A stretch of 64,000 nt of DNA from Planktothrix sp. GU0601_MAG3 (GTDB lineage Bacteria > Cyanobacteriota > Cyanobacteriia > Cyanobacteriales > Microcoleaceae). Of the stretch, positions 59,258 through 64,000 are shown piece after piece; within the stretch, counting starts at the first letter, position 1; each line of letters begins with the position of its first letter. A program made the position numbers and the translations under genes. The stretch covers positions 352,001 to 416,000 of the forward strand of contig CP136572.1 in assembly GCA_035193785.1 (NCBI GenBank), written 5' to 3'. The notes under the pieces were generated by a model. The model made no database searches and was not told the DNA's origin. It worked only from the letters and a program-made list of their open reading frames with translations.

Positions 59258-59893
59258 ATGGCTTTAAAGTTTATCTCCATCCCCCCTGACACTGGCAAAC
59301 CCCCCCAAGGGTTAATTGTGCTGATGCACGGTTGGGGCGCAAATGCTCAGGATCTCACATCCCTAGCCCCGATGTTGCGTTTGGGCGACTATCAATTTAT
59401 CTTTCCCCAAGCCCCTTTTCCCCATCCTCAAGCCCCGATGGGATGGGCATGGTACGCCTTAGAAACCCCCGAATATGAAGGATTAGCCGAAACCCAACAG
59501 CAGGTCAAGGAATGGCTAGAATCCTTAGAAGCGAGTACCGGAGTTCCCCTGTCCCGAACTATTTTAGGGGGATTTTCCCAAGGGGGGGCGATGGCGTTGG
59601 ATATGGGACGTTATTTTCCCTTAGCGGGTTTAATTATTTTAAGTGGTTATTTGCATTTTTCCCCCGAACCTTTAGACCATGATTTACCCCCGGTATTAAT
59701 TGTTCATGGAAAACAAGATCCAATTGTGCCGATAGAAGCCGCCCAGCAAGCCAGGAATGCCTTTGAACAGTTAGGGGCAAAAGTTCAGTACCAAGAATTT
59801 AATATGGGTCATGAAATTCGACCCGAGGTTTTAGGCTTAATAAGAAGTTTTGTTATCGAAAAATTGGGTCTAAAACCCCTAACTTCTAGTTAG
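59258..59893 (+). CDS. Phospholipase/carboxylesterase-type alpha/beta hydrolase
   Basis: MHGWGAN, GGFSQGG, HGKQD, MGHEI. Confidence 0.88.
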   Translation: MALKFISIPPDTGKPPQGLIVLMHGWGANAQDLTSLAPMLRLGDYQFIFPQAPFPHPQAPMGWAWYALETPEYEGLAETQQQVKEWLESLEASTGVPLSRTILGGFSQGGAMALDMGRYFPLAGLIILSGYLHFSPEPLDHDLPPVLIVHGKQDPIVPIEAAQQARNAFEQLGAKVQYQEFNMGHEIRPEVLGLIRSFVIEKLGLKPLTSS

Positions 59894-60145
59894 GCTTCAT
59901 AAGGATGTAGCGATATTGTATAATTAAGGAGTTGGGAGCGATAACCAAGTTTTCAGCAAAAAAACCATTTTTGAATACCGCCGGGCTGGCGGGAAGGCTT
60001 AAGCCTCAAGTCTGTGGAGCGAACATAAGACCAAAAAACTCCTTGGGAGCAGAGGCGGTTGCGAAAATCCAGCAATGGGAAGAAGCAGAAACCTAAGTCG
60101 TGAGTCTTAGGAATCCCCGTCCGTTCACGTCGGGGTGGATGTCAA
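59857..60145 (+). mobile_element. Non-autonomous IS200/IS605-type miniature element retaining an omegaRNA-like right end
   Basis: TTAT|CGAAAAATTGGGTCTAAAACCCC left end; GTCTGTGGAGCGA...GCAGAAA..AAGTCGTGAGTCTT.GGAATCCC...GGATGTCAA matches 18523-18670. Confidence 0.75.
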
Positions 60146-60181
60146 GCTCAAAGCAAATGCAATTCACGGGAGGTTTAACTC

Positions 60182-60394
60182 ATGGCAACCTTGACTCAAT
60201 CCTCACCGAATATTCCCACTCTAACGGCCGAGGATGTGGCGGAACTGGCTGCTCGTCTGGAAGGGGATGATTATGATAATGCCTTTGAAGGACTCAATGA
60301 TTGGCATTTGTTACGAGCGATCGCATTTCAACGTCCCGAGCTAGTGGAACCCTATGTTCACTTGCTCGACCTTGAAGCCTATGATGAAGCCTAA
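60182..60394 (+). CDS. DUF2555 (IsiD-like) small protein
   Basis: VAELAARLE.DDY...F.GL.DWHLLRAIAFQRPELVEPY.HLLD. Confidence 0.8.
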   Translation: MATLTQSSPNIPTLTAEDVAELAARLEGDDYDNAFEGLNDWHLLRAIAFQRPELVEPYVHLLDLEAYDEA

Positions 60395-60437
60395 CCCTTT
60401 GATCTTCTTTAGGTTACAACTCGATTAACAAATAGAA

Positions 60438-61701
60438 ATGATTTTGCCTTCCACCTTAAACAAGCATATTTTAATTGGCATTAGTGGGGGCATTGCGGCT
60501 TATAAAGTCTGTGAAATTGTTTCAACTTTAGCGAAAGCTGGGGCTGATGTGCGGGTGATTTTGACCGACTCAGCCCAAGAATTTATTACTCCTTTAACCT
60601 TTGCGACTCTCTCCCGTCATCGGGCCTATACGGATCAAGAATTCTGGCAACCAACCCACGGCCGTCCCTTACATATTCAGCTAGGGGAATGGGCGGATGT
60701 TTTTTTGATTGCACCCCTAACAGCCAATACCTTAGCGAAATTAGCTACGGGATTTTCAGATAATTTACTCACCAATACGGTTTTAGCCTCCAGTTGTCCG
60801 GTGTTACTCGCTCCAGCTATGAATCGGGAAATGTGGAAACAGATTGCAGTACAACGCAATTGGCAACTTCTGTTAACTGATCCTCGGTTCCACGGGATTA
60901 CCCCTACCGCCGGAATTCTCGCCTGTGATCTTCCCACTACAAACCCAGGCAATTCCTCTAAGGAAGGAGCAGGAAGAATGGCCGAACCCAAACCCATATT
61001 AGCCCATCTGGATTCACTATTGCAAACCCAAGGCAAACGGGATTTAATCGGAAAACGGATATTAATAAGTGCGGGCGGAAACTCGGGAACATCTTGATCC
61101 AGTAAGGTTTATTGGCAACCCGTCAACGGGTAAAATGGGAGTGGCTTTAGTACAAGCGGCGATTCATCGAGGAGCCTCAGTCACCTTAGTACATGGCCCG
61201 ATGAATACGGAATTAGTGGCGAATTTGCCCGAAGTGGAGTTAGTCTCCGTCACCAGTGGGGAGGAAATGTATCAGGAGATGCTGACAGGATTTCCCCAAG
61301 CGGATATAACGGTAATGGCGGCGGCTGTGGGTGATGTGAAGCCGGCGATTTATAGTCAGGATAAATTGCCCAAGGCTCTTTTACCCACGGAACTGCCATT
61401 AGAGCATATTGTTGATGTTGTAGCACAATTGGGAAAAATGAAGCAACCCCACCAAAAATTAGTCGGGTTTGCAGCACAAACAGGGGACATTTTTAGCCCG
61501 GCGGAAGATAAATTACAGCGAAAAAATTTAGATGTTATTGTTGCTAATCCCATAGATTTACCTAATGCTGGATTTGGCAGTGAAACCAATCAAGGGATAT
61601 TATTAAGTCGTCAGGGGCAGAAGTTAGAAATTGGGGCTTGCAGCAAGTTACAATTAGCCCATCAGTTATTTGATTTTATAGCGGACAACTGCTATAACTG
61701 A
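60438..61701 (+). CDS. coaBC: Phosphopantothenoylcysteine decarboxylase/ligase (frameshift near 61080)
   Basis: [45 protein letters not shown]. Confidence 0.93.
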
Positions 61702-61800
61702 TAACTAATAACTAATAACTAATAACTGATAACTGATAACTAATAACTAATAACTAATAACTGATGACTAACAACTGATGACTAACAACTGATAACTGAT
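61697..61800. repeat. Heptamer tandem repeats (AACTGAT/AACTAAT); shorter STRR runs also at 22898-22929 and 57644-57671
   Basis: Direct inspection. Confidence 0.85.
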
Positions 61801-64000
61801 ATGTCAAGATCCCACAATTCTCAGTTTTTAACAGAAAATAGAGTTTTCCGTGCCGACGATCAAAGCAGTCTTATTAAACAAACAGAAGCAGAATTACAAC
61901 AACAAAAGCTAGATTTTCAGGTGGTTAACCGAGCGCTGGCGGTATTAAGTGCCTGTACTCAAGCTGTGATTCGCGCTGCCGATGAAATGAGACTCCTGCA
62001 AACCCTTTGCGAGTTAATTACCCAAGAAGCAGCCTATCGCATGGCTTGGGTGGCCTACGTTTGCCATGATCAGGCTAAAAGCGTCAAAGCGATGGCTTGG
62101 GCGGGTTATGAAGCCGATTACTTAAAAACCCTGAATATTACCTGGGCGGATAGCGATAGGGGTAGGGGCCCCACGGGACAGGTGATTCGCTCTGGACATC
62201 CGGTAGCCTGCCAAAATATGCTCCATGACCCCAATTTTGCCCCCTGGCGCGAAGCCGCACAACAGCGCGGCTATCAATCCTCCTTAGTGCTTCCTATGCT
62301 TAATAATGGCGAAGTATTTGGGACTTTGAATATTTACTCCGCCGAAGCCTATGCTTTTAATCCCAGAGAGGTCGAACTATTAACACAACTCGCAGATAGT
62401 CTGAGTTTTGGAATTATAGCATTACGCGCCGAACAAGCCCTGCGAGAAAGCGAACAACGCTATCGTTTATTAGCGGAAAATATTAGTGATTTAGTCTGTA
62501 TTCAAGATCGGGATCGTCGTTATCTCTACCTGAGTCCTTCCTGCGAATCTTTACTAGGTTATGGTTATGAAGAATTAATTGGAGAAGACCCCTATATTCT
62601 ATTCCATCCCGATGACCGCGATCGCATTGCTGAAGAATTTCGCGCTGCAATTTTAGGTAAAAACAATACTTCTATAACCTATCGGATTAGTCAGAAATCA
62701 GGAAGCTATATTTGGCTAGAAACCTTAACAAAACCAATTTTAAATGAGGCGGGTCAGGTCGTTAAAATCCAAACAACTTCTAGGGATATCACAGAACGAA
62801 TTTTAGTCCAAGAACGTTTTAAATATGAAGCCCTACACGATGCCCTAACGGGCTTACCTAATCGGAATCTCTTGATGGAAAGGCTCAAATTAGGGATGAA
62901 ACCGGATTCACAATTTTGAAGGCTATCACTTTGCCCTTTTATTTCTCGATCTCGACCGATTCAAAGTGATTAATGATAGTCTAGGACATTTAGTAGGAGA
63001 TCAGTTATTGATCGCCACAGCCCATAGGCTTCAATCAATTTTGCGCTCCACGGATCTTATCACTAGAATCGGTGGTGATGAGTTTGTAATATTATTAGAT
63101 GAAATTAAAGATATTCAAGAAGCAATTAGAGCAACTGAGAATATTTTTAAAGCATTAGCTTGCCCATTAATCATCGAAGAAAGAGAAATTCATGTCAGTA
63201 CAAGTATTGGGATTGTGTTTGGGACAAAAGACTATATTCGAGCCTCGGATATGCTACGCGATGCGGATATTGCTATGTATTGTGCCAAACATAAAGGCAA
63301 ATCAAGATATGAAATTTTTGACCGAGAAATGCACGCGATCGCTATTAATCGACTCCAGTTAGAAAATGATCTTAGGAGAGCGATTGAACAACAACAATTT
63401 TTAGTTTATTATCAACCTATTATTGATATTTATAATAATCGCTTAATTGGATTTGAGGCATTAGTACGCTGGCAACATCCGACTCGCGGGTTTATTTCTC
63501 CCGCAGAATTTATTCCTTTAGCCGAAGAAACTAACTTAATTTTAGCGATTGATAGTTGGATGTTATCCACCGCTTGTCAACAACTCGCAACCTGGAATAA
63601 AAAATTTCCCAGTCGCCAACCCCTGAAGATTAGTATTAACCTTTCGGCTCAGGATCTTCGCAAAGTTAATTTAATCGAAGAAATTGATCTTGTTTTAACT
63701 AAAACTGGTTTACACGGTCAGGTGCTAACTTTAGAAATTACAGAAAGTATGCTAATTGAAGATATTAATAAAACTATTGATTTATTGACGGAAATTAAGT
63801 CTCGAAATATTGAAATTAGTATTGATGATTTTGGTACGGGATATTCCTCTCTTAATTATCTTCATCGTTTCCCTGTAGATTATTTAAAAATTGATTATTC
63901 TTTTGTCAGTCAGATGCAGGAGGAAAACCGTGATTATCAAGTTGTGAGTACGATTATTGATTTGGGTCATCATCTGGGTTTAACCATTGTTGCTGAAGGC
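61801..64000 (+). CDS. GAF-PAS-GGDEF-EAL c-di-GMP signalling protein (frameshift near 62895; 3' truncated by the window edge)
   Basis: HDALTGLPNR, DLDRFK, IGGDEF, GFEALVRW, LEITES, IDDFGTGYSSL. Confidence 0.9.

Overview
This is a chromosomal window from a filamentous cyanobacterium (Oscillatoriales, Planktothrix-like), judged from abundant HIP1 (GCGATCGC) sites, heptamer STRR repeats and pmgA/isiD/devBCA-type genes. Housekeeping genes (pgm, uvrC, leuCD, ppsA, gdhA, coaBC) flank a ~24-kb defence region (15.3-39.3 kb). That region holds a WYL regulator with a Gly-Ala repeat insertion and a tnpB-only IS200/IS605 element that splits a UPF0175 gene. Next comes a 43-repeat CRISPR array transcribed from the minus strand, followed by cas2, cas1 and csx18. 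The type III-A operon comprises a Csx3-P-loop fusion, HD-less cas10, csm2-5, cas6, a CARF-HEPN protein, and a CARF protein with an unassigned C-terminal domain, with two Uma2 genes interleaved. A second cas6 with an HTH and an ABC-ATPase/TOPRIM pair end the region. The window also has two TnpB-less IS605-type miniature elements, a MITE with a target-site duplication, and REP-like palindromes. Many genes, including essential ones, carry single-base frameshifts that are most likely sequencing errors; such genes are reported as one joined feature.
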